From NCBI GenBank assembly GCA_030704615.1, contig CM060732.1:31310001-31374000 (forward strand): a stretch of 64,000 nt of DNA, written 5' to 3'. Numbering within the stretch: the first letter of the stretch is position 1; the number at the start of each line of letters is the position of its first letter. Positions 12,884-24,100 of the stretch are shown here, one piece after another. The notes beneath the pieces were generated by a model, which had not been told where the DNA came from, ran no database searches, and saw nothing but the letters and a program-made list of their open reading frames with translations. The translations under genes were made by a program, and so were the position numbers. The DNA is from Takakia lepidozioides. Its lineage: Eukaryota; Plantae; Bryophyta.

Positions 12884-13717
12884 GTGTGCCATGAAAGATC
12901 CACAATTCTGTTTCTAGAACCTGTTCTGGTCTACATGAGAGATAAATCTGGGGATGTACTCCTTGTATGGCTGGGGGGAAATAAGGACGTAATTGAAGGG
13001 CAGGTCTCTTCTCTTAGCCTGTGTATACAAGGGGACAGAATTTATGTTTCCCAAAGAACTCAGACTGATTTGAGTGGAGAACAGTTGGACGAGTTGATTG
13101 CATACTGGGAGTCAGGCATTAGCAGTGGACAACAAACTGCTGTAGTTGGCGTTGAGGGCCTCAATATCGCTTTGGACAGTCAGAACTCTATTGGAGCCAG
13201 CAGTTCTGCAGCTGTAGGTGAAATACCAAAGTGGGTGAAAGCTAGGCTTGGAACACAGCCAAAGACAGCCCCGGGTACCAAGGTGTTCAGCCACAAGGCC
13301 GTGGTGTACTGGAGCAGAGGAGCAGGAGCTACACAAGTTTGTGCAATCAGACATAGTTGCAGCCGGACACGCTCTGCACAAGGCAATCACGAGCGGGGGT
13401 TCATTAGCAATGACAAATTTGTTTTGCTTGAAGGAGATGCAGTCATCCACAATGAGGACACCCACAATCGTCTCAAAGCTTTCGAGTTGAGAGACTATCA
13501 GACCCTACCTTTGTTTTCTTTAGTGTTCAGTGAGCGGGAGATAGGGGAGTATTGCTTTGTCTCTACCTGGCAGAAAGAGGAGGAGGGTTGGTTAGAGCGA
13601 GCTACTGTAGCTTGGGACAAGGTTAGTGGCAGGTTTCTGGACATAGATATACCTCCTACACCTTACCATCATGCAGAGCGAGGCACTTTGAGAGAAGTCT
13701 GGCAGTTGATAGCATAG
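12884..13717 (+). CDS. Extra ORF of unknown function inside the retroelement, upstream of gag (first ATG ~12935)
   Basis: 277-codon uninterrupted frame with globular composition; no motif recognised. Confidence 0.5.
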   Translation: MCHERSTILFLEPVLVYMRDKSGDVLLVWLGGNKDVIEGQVSSLSLCIQGDRIYVSQRTQTDLSGEQLDELIAYWESGISSGQQTAVVGVEGLNIALDSQNSIGASSSAAVGEIPKWVKARLGTQPKTAPGTKVFSHKAVVYWSRGAGATQVCAIRHSCSRTRSAQGNHERGFISNDKFVLLEGDAVIHNEDTHNRLKAFELRDYQTLPLFSLVFSEREIGEYCFVSTWQKEEEGWLERATVAWDKVSGRFLDIDIPPTPYHHAERGTLREVWQLIA

Positions 13718-14237
13718 ATCAGGATTAGATCTTGCTTGGACGGGCTTCTATTCTTCCCCTCCATCTCTTTACTATTTTCATTACTTTGTACTTGTAGTTG
13801 CCAAAGCCTCTCTTGGTGGAGGCCAGTCAGTCTGGGGTTTTGGGCTGGGATATTATGCAGGATCAGCATTGCAGCTGGATTTTGGTGTGGGGGTGTTGAT
13901 GTTTTGATTTCTTGTGTTTGGATCCCCCCCAACACCTGCATGCTTGACTGTGCGCCATGTTGGTTTTGTGTGGGCGCTTGCTTTCATAGGGATTAGGCCG
14001 GATTTGATCACCGGTCAATCCTAGAGTATGCTGTCGGTGGTGAGGCTGGAGTAATGACCAACAAGACCACCAGTGTCTCTTCTATGGTGAGACTGGGTTG
14101 ATGACCAGCCAACCATAGGAGTTCTTGCGGTGGATGCAGGTGCAGGTGCCCTGAGCCATTGGGATATGACCCTTAAACTGCAACAGATGCCCACCTGTAT
14201 CACTATTAGAATTAGTACTAGAGCCTTATAGTGTCAC

Positions 14238-15824
14238 GTGGAGGAGGTGCACATTGTGAGTGTCATCACGGAGTTACCCAGGGGTTCTGAGGGGAGTACG
14301 GCTACAGGCAGTAGCAGTGAGAGTGGGTTCACCAGACGAGGTGTTCGTTTCAGACCACCTTCACCTCCACCCTCAACTAGTGCAGAGTCAGACATAGACT
14401 CGGAGGCTTCATCAACAGGTGTGCAGTTTCATTCGCCATTGTTGTGGGACGATATGGAGGAGATGTATGGAGCTACCAAGGGGCCTCGTAGGTACTCTGG
14501 AGCTGTGGGCACAATCGAGTTGGATGACTTTATCCATGAGTTCGACAGCTGGTGTGATTTGCAGCAGATGCGCAATCCACAGCTATTCACTCCATTCATG
14601 GCGTGGAAGGGACTGTTCCAGCATTTGGAAGGCCCGCCTATGGACGATTACCACGAGTTCAGGCGAGGACATGAAGCAGAGATTGAGGAGTGGACACCTG
14701 ACTACGTCTCCATTACTCGAGGCACGACGCGACCAGTAGCTGCATCAGTACCAATATCTCCCACTGCCAGCACTAGTAGTGGAACAAATACTGCCGGTAC
14801 TTCTGCAGGTGGTACCAGTTCAAAAGGTGCTACTACTCCTCCTGCCACGACTACAACACATGTGCCTAGATTCAACCCGGTGGTGGAGTTCTTCCAAGAG
14901 TTGCGGAGGAACTACCAAGGTGTACGGACAGAGAAGCTGCGAAGTTTGCAAGACTTCCAGCGCAAACCCAATGAGAGCCTGCGAGAGGTGTACACTCGTA
15001 TGAGGCGCTTGATAAGTGTGACCCAAGGGGTTATTGAAGCTCAGGCAATCCAGTTCTGGTATGGAATTTTGGACAAGGAGCTCAGGAGAAGGGTGCGGGA
15101 TGCAACCCTGTTACAAGCAGCCCAACCCACATTAGCAGATGTGTTTCTGCTGGCTGAGCGGATTGAGCTCAACATAGTGGAGGAGCAAGTTGTTACCATT
15201 GGATTTGGCAAAGACATGCATGCACGAGGCGCAGCTGCCAGCCCACAGGCACAAGGGACTGCCCAACAGCGTGGTCAGGGGGGCAAGGTTTCCCAACCCA
15301 AGTTCCATGGAGCTTACATGGGACCTCAGGTGCAGAGGCCCGTGGCATCTTTTGCAGGCCAACAGCAACCAGGGGTGGTATGTTGGACATGTGGAGGACC
15401 CCATGTCAAGAAAGATTGCCCAGAGAGTGGCAGAAGGCCGACACAACCACAGCCTGCACAGTTGCAGTGTGGGCATTGTGGCAAGTATGGGCATGGAGAT
15501 GCCCAGTGTTATGACTTGCATCCTGAGTTGCGCCCAAGCCAGTTCCAAGGGAACAATGGTGGCCGAGGGCGAGGTGGACCAGCCCAGAGAGGACGAGGTG
15601 GTCGGGCACGAGGTGCAGGCCAAGGGCAAGCTCAACATGGCCAAGGACGTGGAGGTCAGGGTGTTGACCAAGGCATGGCCAACCGGCTTCAGCAGCTAGA
15701 GCAGAGGCTCGCTGCCATACAGCTCAGGCGGTACCGGCTCCCAGGCGGGATGGTCCACCTCCTGCGCCTGAGGGAGGAGATATGGGAGGCATGGGATTCA
15801 TGTGCGGAGCAGCACTACCACTAG
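14238..15824 (+). CDS. Gag-like protein (capsid-like region, two CCHC zinc knuckles, RGG-rich tail)
   Basis: LQDFQRKPNESLREVYTRM capsid-type motif; CWTCGGPHVKKDC and CGHCGKYGHGDAQC; frameshifted near the 3' end. Confidence 0.85.
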   Translation: MEEVHIVSVITELPRGSEGSTATGSSSESGFTRRGVRFRPPSPPPSTSAESDIDSEASSTGVQFHSPLLWDDMEEMYGATKGPRRYSGAVGTIELDDFIHEFDSWCDLQQMRNPQLFTPFMAWKGLFQHLEGPPMDDYHEFRRGHEAEIEEWTPDYVSITRGTTRPVAASVPISPTASTSSGTNTAGTSAGGTSSKGATTPPATTTTHVPRFNPVVEFFQELRRNYQGVRTEKLRSLQDFQRKPNESLREVYTRMRRLISVTQGVIEAQAIQFWYGILDKELRRRVRDATLLQAAQPTLADVFLLAERIELNIVEEQVVTIGFGKDMHARGAAASPQAQGTAQQRGQGGKVSQPKFHGAYMGPQVQRPVASFAGQQQPGVVCWTCGGPHVKKDCPESGRRPTQPQPAQLQCGHCGKYGHGDAQCYDLHPELRPSQFQGNNGGRGRGGPAQRGRGGRARGAGQGQAQHGQGRGGQGVDQGMANRLQQLEQRLAAIQLRRYRLPGGMVHLLRLREEIWEAWDSCAEQHYH

Positions 15825-16083
15825 TGCAGGTGGAGTCTGCTGCAGCCGTGACTCGAGGAGCAGCACGAGTTCTTGAGCCACGAGGTGCAGAGGTGGAATT
15901 GGATCCACAGCGTGGGGAGGCAAGCCGTCAGGCGAGGCTTCCTCAGTCATTCACATTGGCGGAGACTGTGTCGACGCCATCCATGGCACCTAGTTCTCGC
16001 CCGACTGTTACCGAGGCGGAGGTTACTATGCCATTGGGGAGAGCTACACGTGCAGCACTGACACCAAGGCTAGTGCAGCCGGT

Positions 16084-16830
16084 GTGTTGTTGGGGGCAGC
16101 CACCTCTGTGTGTCAAGCCCCACTGTTCTCGGCAACCATGATTGCGACGCCGGGGGTAAGACCAGCTGCAGTGTTTAGACTAGCAGCAACACTCTGTGAG
16201 AGTGGGGAGGTCACTTCATCTTCTGCGGAGTTAGTGGAAGGTGTAGTGGCAGAGGGATCCTTGGATTTGAGGGTCAAGACTGCCACGGCTGCGCCATGGC
16301 AAGCTGCAGCTGCCAGGTTGACGGAGCTGCCAGCTAAGCCAGCCTTTGAGCACGCCATGGTGACACCTGGAGTTGTCTTGTTAGACAAACAGGATGGCAT
16401 TTTCTCTTTGAGTGGACTGGCAGGCAAGAAGTACCGGCCACTACGGGTCTTGTTGGACTCGGGAGCTTAGCCACTGATGTTGGGCAGAGCTGCTATTGCA
16501 GGTTTGGGCCTCATGGAGGCGGATATGGAGCCTTGTCCTTTCCAGATACAGACATCTCTGGGAGGACCAGAACAGGCTCGGGGCATGACACGGCGTGAGT
16601 TGGCCATTAGACTGCAGCCGGATCATCCTATAGATGGCTCAGTGATGCGAGCCAAGGCCATTGTGATAGACGCGGTCTCTTACGATGTCCTCGTTGGTGG
16701 ATCAGTGTTATATCCCATAGGCTTCACCCTGGACTTTTGGGAGGAGTCAGCATCCTACAGGCCTGGATGGCAGTCAGGAGATGGTCGTCGTGCACAGCTC
16801 CATGTGACATTCATTGGGGGTATTGCGGCT
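16084..16830 (+). pseudogene. Retropepsin-like aspartic protease (in-frame stop directly after DSGA)
   Basis: VLLDSGA*PLMLG (TAG at 16468-16470, probably from CAG) and downstream YDVLVG; same frame as ORF 16477-18339. Confidence 0.85.
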
Positions 16831-17159
16831 GCCCAGCGGGGCAAGATGCCAACACTAGCCGCCTTTACAGCTGCAGTTAGTTGGCCTGGAGAGTTGCTGG
16901 AGGGCAATGCCCATGCAGAGGATGTGCCACCTCCAGCAGAGCAGGATGACATGCATGATACAGCGGAGTTGCCTGCCATGGTTGCTCACACTCCATTGTG
17001 GGGTACAAGCAAGGATTTGCAGCACGCTGCTGATAGACGGGTACAACAAGCCTGGGTAGAGGCCTTCGTACCGTCAGGAGAAGAGGAGAGTGCGGTGATT
17101 GCACCAGGACCACCTCAGTTGTCGCCATTGGACACCACACCTCTTATGTGGCAGTGCCC

Positions 17160-18130
17160 GGATAAAGGCATATGCCTTCTGGACTTGTTTGGCGGGATCA
17201 GCACTGGATTAGCTGCAGTACTGCAGGCAGGTGTACGAGTTCGACGTTACCTGTATATGGAGAGGGATGAGACTGCACGACGCGTCTCATTGTGCCATGT
17301 TGCTCAGTTGATACAGCAGTACCCTGAGTTGTTGCCAGTGTCTGCAGTGCGTGGATACCAACAAGCCTTGCCAGCAGACATTTCGTTGCTGGGGGCGCAG
17401 GATTTGGAGCAGGTTGGCTCCATTGATCTGGTAGTGGCAGGTTGGCCCTGCCAAGGGCATTCATCAACCAGACATGGCAATGGATTGCGAGACTCGAGGA
17501 TGGGTCTGTTTTGGGAGATGGTGCGGGTTTTGTGCCACTTGCAGCTTCATCAAGCTGTATCTCCAGCATACATCTTGGAGAATGTGCCACTGATGGGTGA
17601 TTCTCGGGCCAGGGTGATGGCCAGTGTGCATCAAGTCCGGTCGTGGCTTGGGTCAGCAGTGCTGCTGGATGCAGCTGCAGTGGGGTCACAGGCTCATCGT
17701 CCACGGCTATGGTGGACTAACTTGATGTCGCCCGCACTGCTCAAGCGTGCATTTGATGGGGTGCAGCGGCCAGCACACCTCACAGTGGATAGCATTTTGG
17801 TCACAGGGAGGCAGTCTCAATGTGTGAGACACGATGACCGTTCGCCTTTGGCAGTGATCAACAGGGTGGGTCAACCACGAGCAGCATTACCTACACTGCT
17901 CAGCTTCCCAAGATCCCATGCTTTTCGGGATGGTGGACCTGGCCTCTTGTGGGATAGCCAGTTGCAACAATTAGTGGAGCCCAATGCTAACGAGCGCGAG
18001 CGGACGATGGGTTTTACCACTGGTACCACAGCGGTGCCATCTCTTTTTGAGGCATCACGTCGTCAGGTGTTGGGGCAAGCAATGGATCTCAATTGCTTGA
18101 CCTGGATTATCAGTTTGGCTATGGCTGAGC
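17160..18130 (+). CDS. C5 DNA cytosine methyltransferase domain within the pol frame (ORF 16477-18339)
   Basis: Motifs in order: I LLDLFGGISTG, III ADI, IV AGWPCQG, VI ILENV, VIII QAHRPRLWW, IX ERERTMGF, X RRQVLGQAM. Confidence 0.92.
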
Positions 18131-18499
18131 AGCGCAGAGTGCGAAGTACACTTCCTTTCATGGTCTCCCTGCCTACCGAAACGGTACATGCAGCGAGTGG
18201 GGGCAAGCAGGTGAGGACCACGAGGTGCAGGTCGCATCCATGGCACACGTGGGAGGTGCTCGAGGTTCAGAAGGAGTTGGTAGCCAAGGCGGCGGTGATG
18301 GATCAGGTTGGGGATTTTTCTCGGGATGGGATGGGATGATGGGGCAGGGTGAGACATTGTCACTGACAGAGGAGGCAGTGGTCACTGCTCAAGAGGTTGT
18401 AGCATAGCAACCACGGGACGCGTCTTCTACCTCTAAGCCTGATGGACTCAAGGTTGCAGTCATGGAGGACAATTGGGAGCCTGATGTTGGACCTATAGT

Positions 18500-18622
18500 C
18501 ACCGGAGGAGAGAGACGACGTATACGGCGGTTCTTGAGGGTTACAGGAACTGCTTTGCCTTCAGTTTGAAGGACTTAGGAGCACTGAAGGGTCAAGAGAT
18601 TCGCATTGAATTGGCTACTGAC
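18500..18622 (+). pseudogene. N-terminal lead-in of a Gypsy reverse transcriptase, truncated by deletion
   Basis: VLEGYRNCFAFSLKDLGALKGQEIRIELATD resembles the pre-RT segment of Gypsy pol; no YxDD core follows. Confidence 0.6.
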
Positions 18623-18624
18623 AT

Positions 18625-18885
18625 GTGAGCAGCGTGCAGAGTTGTTGGAAGGACCATGTGCGTAATTGTGCGCCATGTCACCTTCCAAATGTCGATGGCA
18701 GGATTGACCCAAACCTGGCAGTGGTATCTGCAAGTTTGAGGTGCATGTTGTGTGGGTCTGCTAAAGGGGCAGCCACCATGCTGGTGTGTGATCGATGCTC
18801 TAGAGGTTGGCATATGGGATGCTTGACTCCACCTCTTGAGATGGTTCCGGATGGGGATTGGTTATGTCCACAATGCATTGGATAG
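18625..18885 (+). CDS. C-terminal pol fragment with PHD finger
   Basis: CMLC...MLVCDRCSRGWHMGCLTPPLEMVPDGDWLCPQC matches the C4HC3 PHD pattern. Confidence 0.9.
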   Translation: MSSVQSCWKDHVRNCAPCHLPNVDGRIDPNLAVVSASLRCMLCGSAKGAATMLVCDRCSRGWHMGCLTPPLEMVPDGDWLCPQCIG

Positions 18886-19145
18886 TGGGAGTGGATACAA
18901 CCATGGGAGGCTAACAAGAAATGCAAGGCCAAGCTACTAGGAGACCTTGAACACACGAGATCCTGGCTCAAGTTCACAGATTGCAAGACGACGACTAACG
19001 ATGGGGCTACTCTTGTACCCGGCCTCTTGGTCTTTAGAGTTTGAGTACAATAGGGACAGTGATAGAGGACTTAGGACGGTTGTGGCTATTACATCTTGTA
19101 GCTATCTGGAGTTAGAGGGACCTATCCACCAGCTAGGGGGGCGAT

Positions 19146-19672
19146 TGTGGCAGACTACTTTATTGTGCATATATGTGTGGTGTGGTTTGGACAGCGATGT
19201 AGTTGTGTAGCGATACGTATGCGCACGACAGCTGTCAAGTTAAATAAGCACAGTGTGAAACTAACTAGAATAAAGCTAGTTATTTGTATTTAACACTTGG
19301 ATTTAGGTCAAGTGTTAAATCAGGTGTCAAGTTTAGTTTGACACCTGAACTGTCTTATCTTCACGAGAGCGTCAATCGTGCAACTCATCTCTCTCGAGTT
19401 GAGCCTGTGCGACCGAGCTCCTTCATGCTTAGAATCTGAGTGTGCTTATGTAGGGGTATAGGTTGTTGTGGGGTGGAGTCCCCATAGCTTGGGGTGCCCC
19501 TGGCTCGACTATTATCTTAAAGAGTGATGTTGAGGGATTTCATGTTTCTTGTGTGAACAGTGTGTCCTTTAGCTTTCTTATCACTATCGTGGCAGACTAC
19601 TTTATTGTGCATATATGTGTGGTGTGGTTTGGACAGCGATGTAGTTGTGTAGCGATACGTATGCGCACGACA
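19146..19672 (+). repeat. Right-end repeat block B1-gc-A2-ctat-B2, preceded by a polypurine tract (agggggg, 19135-19141)
   Basis: B1 and B2 are both 85 bp and identical except at the first base (T/C); A2 matches A1. Confidence 0.95.
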
Positions 19673-21151
19673 ATGTGTTTCTAGTTAACCTCATGGTCGA
19701 ACTCCGGGGATGCTGTGGATTGTCGAGCGCCTATTTCGCCATTGAAGGGCGGAAGCTCTGGCCAGGAGCAGGAGTTCTCCGAAGTGGTGACACAGATAAG
19801 GCCATGGCGAGCCCAGGTGTTCTTGAAGACCTCATAGATGGCAGCTGCTCCTCGTGAATTGCGTTGCATGTCTGCACAAAGTTTAGCCCAGGCCTTGCCA
19901 GATTCAATACCAAGGTCATAGAAAATGAGAGCCATGATTGCAGATATTGAGGTAGTGCTCCCAAAGAAGGTTTTGGAGCATTTGGCTTTCCATACATGCC
20001 ATAGGATTGAGCCCCGAAGAACTTCAAACACTGGGCGGGGCAGAGATTTCTGCTTGGATTGAGGATTATAGTTGAGTAGGATGTCAGTAGTTGAGAGTCA
20101 TAGGGCTCCAGTGGCTATATAAGTCTTTTACAAGAGGCCAGATAGCTCGTGGGCCCAAGCAGCCCAAAAGCACATGCTCGATGGTTTCCAGGATGCCCAA
20201 CGGACAGCACACACAGAGTAGCGAGGATTGGAATTGGAGCCACTCACCCACTTTTGGGGGGTGCTATTCCGTGAGCCCGGAGGCGTGAGCCTGTGAGCCC
20301 AAGAAAGCGTGAGCCAAGCACAGGCTCACGCCACGTCAGCATGCAAACAGTGCCTATTTCCGCGGATGTCACCTATTTCCGAGTGGTGTCACCTATTTCC
20401 GCGGGTTGATGTGGGTAGAATTGAGAATGCCTGAACAGTTTTTGATGAGGTGGACTTCACCGTGATGGATTCACCAACCATTCTTCTAGCAGGAATAGTT
20501 TGGGGACCAACTAGCAAATGATGCGAGAATGCTCTACACGAACCAAAGTGGTTTGTTTGTTTTCGCAATGTACTCAAGTCTGTGAGGTCCACAAAACACC
20601 AAATAGATTGAAGGAACAATCCAGGCAGTCCATGCAACCCCCATCTCCAACAATAGTTTGTAACCATGAATGTGAATTCCACGCACACATTGCAAACAGG
20701 ACAACAAGGACACACAACCATCCCATTTCAAATTTGGCCCAGAATTAAACCAAAAGAAAACTTCATATCAAGTGTCGCAGTCATCACAATCAGTGTCCAC
20801 CTCTTGTGCTATGTCATCTACAAAGATTCTGGCCCCAACACCACGTGTTCTACGAAGGCCGTCGTAAGGTGGACTCCGAGTGCCATGAACGGACATGCTT
20901 GCTGCGAGTGCCTCCGCATAGACAGGTAGCACGCAAGACCGAGGAGGACTGCAAACAAGTCCAAATAGGTGTGATAGCCCTGGAGGGCAAGTGGAAGCAC
21001 GCGGACTCTTGCACATGTCCACAAAACTCCATTTTTAACACAATGATGCAATGCACAAGTCCAACAAAGAGGATGTCTCCCATGTGCACTTTGCCTCAAG
21101 AACAGCGATTCTCGATATTGAAACAACAATGCAAGCATGCACAGGTTGAAC

Positions 21152-24100
21152 TTACTCACAGGCAAAGTCGGAGTCCAGCTCCTTGTCAGAAGTCTCCTCT
21201 GTATCAGTATCAGCGGGACGGGGCTTCGGAAGGACTTGAGAAGTGTGTCCACCCAAACCCATCAGGAGGTTCTTATAAATCTCAACATCCCCTTCAATCC
21301 CAAAGAGATGTCGTGCACTGGCCTTGCAAGCGTGGTAAGAAGCACCTGCAATGGAATAGAATGAATGAAGCAGACATTGAAGACACATTCGGAACGGTGG
21401 GAAGTGCTGAAAGTGCAAGCTCAATCAAACCTCATGAAATGTGAATGTTGAAGAGACGAACCTGTGCCCATCGACAAATCCAGAACTCTGGCGTCTGTGT
21501 AGGTGCAGCACTCCACAATCGTTTGAATGAAAGCCGGGCTCCTCTCCCTCGCCCCTCTCCAAGGAACCCCATTCCCCCTTCGCAAGCACACGTTGCTGTC
21601 GATGTAGTTGTGATGCATGTCATCCGTGGGAGGATCTGTCCTGTCATCTATGAACTTGGCCCCATGAGTGATGGCGAACTCGGTAATGCCGGCCGGAGTC
21701 GTTTGTGGATGCACCCGGACGACACAAACAGCTTCAAACAGACGAGTCTGCGAACATGACATCCACAAGGAACTAAGAAGCAAAAAAAATCGGGCCCCTA
21801 CATATGAGTTCGAGCGACCTATACAACCCCATCCGAGAACAACCAAGAAGAGGAAGAAGAAGGCAAACTCACCATCTCTCCCGGACAATCCCCCTTCGTA
21901 AGGTACATGCTGTTCACACAATTCCATGTCTTCACGACTCTCATGCCCGAGGCTTTCAAATAGCTAGAAAGTGCACGGCGACACCGAACGTCGATGGACT
22001 GGATGAGCACCAAAACACCTGCATCGGATAGGAAGAAGTTGCAAAAGGAGAAAACCCACCGCCAGTAGCGCTCATCAAAAGCATTCCAACCCGGACAAGC
22101 ACCCGATGGAGGGATATCCGGGACTGCCAACCCATCAGGGATGTCAAGATGATGAGTTCGGCTGCATATGGCTTCTCCTTCCCGTTTACCCAGGATTTGG
22201 TCATTTTAGCCTGCAAACAAAAATACAATGGAATTCTCACAAGTTTAGAAACGATCCATGCCCACAGCAGACAAGACAACAGAAGCCAGAACCCAAAGAG
22301 AACACGCACCGTGCTGAGGAACTCCACAATCCTGTCCCACATTGGTGATGGCTCGCCCTTGTAATCAGATTTCTTCGACTCCATCATGGCAAGGAACCCG
22401 ACGTTGGCCATCTCCAACCTGGTTGGGCGAATGACCCTCGTGGGATGTTCCACTGCATGGTACGGGTCCTTGGGATCAACCACCCCCTTGTTTTTTCTCC
22501 CGGATCCCCTACCATGCGGTGGAGTCTGCTGGACATGCTCCACAGGGCCAATATCTGCAACACTTCCCTGCCCTTGTGCCACCTTCCCTCTACCCCTTCC
22601 CTTCCCCACAACACAGCACATCTTTTCCCTTTGCCTTTCTTCTCTACCTGGGGTATCCTGAGCGGGAGGCTCCTTCTCTGCAAGAGTCCTCAATTTCGTT
22701 CATGAATGTCGAGGTCGGCTGCTGCGGGCAGTGGCTGAAATACGGTCATTCTCTCTCCTCAAAGACACCTCTGGAGCTGGGGTCTCAGAAGGAGGGCAAT
22801 CCAAATACCAACCACAAGAAGAAAGATGGTATGGGCCCCAGTCATGCAAGATCCCAGTGTAAACATGGTCTGGTTGCCAGCAGGGACAAGCCACAGGCCA
22901 CGAAATATGGATGTTTGTCCAGGCAATTCTCTTCCAGGAGAACAAACTTTATGTACCCAAAGCAACAGAGACAGCCTCATTTTACAATGGAAATATGGTG
23001 TGGCAACTTTTCCATCACACCAGGAAGACCCCCTTCAACAGTATGCCACACAACACATTGCAACCACAGCACAAAAAGTAGTAGTGCAAGAGTGTGCACC
23101 TGTAAAGGCATCGTTTCCAGGCTTCCCTCCTTTTTCTTGCTGGTCCAGCTCATTGTTTGACTGATGCCACCCTCCTTGCTGAACTCTCTAAAGAAAGAAA
23201 CAAGAGTGCCACATGTGGCTCTCCATTTCCTCATGTATGTTTCGAAGGACACCTTCGGTGCTATCATACTGATGCCATAGTCAGCCAGCTGAGTATGCAG
23301 AACCGATCTGGCCCTTTCTTCCAACTGCAAAACAATACAAATGCAAGAATGAACCAAAAGCAATCACAACGAATGTAAGAGGCAATAGAAAGATAAGGAG
23401 AGGAAAGAGAAGAACAGACAGTGACACAGGGAAGGACATCACACCTGGTCCAGTAAGTGGCCTTGTGAAGCCAGGTGTCCAGCACATTGTCACTGACAGG
23501 AATGACACGCTAGGTTTTCTTCTCTTTCTCGGCCTTGGGAACATGTGGGTACCCCTAACTGTGGGATCGGAGTTCCATATCTGCAGCCACTTCACCTTTT
23601 GTTCTGGAGACACTACGGCGGTAGACAACCTGTGCAACTTCTCCTGGGCCATTTCTGGCTTGCCTAGCTTGTTATAATGGTTTTTTATCTCCAGGAGAAA
23701 CTGCGGTCCGAATGATGGGTCGGCAATTCTCAACTACTTCACGAAAGCACTCATTATAGTCCTCTTGTAGCGGTCATCTCTTTCTGGATGTGACTCTCAA
23801 CCCACTTGCTGTCCTTCTCTCCTCAGGGGTAGAGCTGTAGTATTCCAGTTTGCCACGCTTCCCCTACATCTGCAATGTCTTGCTGCAAGGGAATGCAAGA
23901 GAGTTGCATCAGCACAAGGTCAAGGGAAACAAACAGAAACAAACATGTGGAATATGGAAGACCAGATGAAGGAAGATGTATCTCACCGTGTACATGTACT
24001 CCATGAAAGCCTCACGGGGTCAACGAGTACCACGTTTCCGATGTCTTGAGCTTTTGCACTTCTTGTACATCTCCGCTGAAAGGATGGTCTTGAAGTTGGT

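Larger units (their letters stand above)
10155..19672 (+). mobile_element. Gypsy-type retroelement carrying a DNMT and PHD finger, with circularly permuted (split) LTRs; internally deleted (no complete RT/RNase H/integrase)
   Basis: Ends TGTC...GACA flanked by ATGT at 10151-10154 and 19673-19676. Repeats A1 10155-10505, B1 19146-19230, A2 19233-19583, B2 19588-19672. Contains gag with CCHC knuckles, a DSG protease, a C5-MTase and a PHD finger; polypurine tract before B1. Confidence 0.9.

Noticed and set aside
10155-19672. Ordinary DIRS/PAT/Ngaro element
   Set aside because: Split repeats fit, but the aspartic protease, PPT, TG...CA ends and 4-bp TSD point to a Gypsy-type integrase element. 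No tyrosine recombinase is seen, although the deletion prevents full exclusion.
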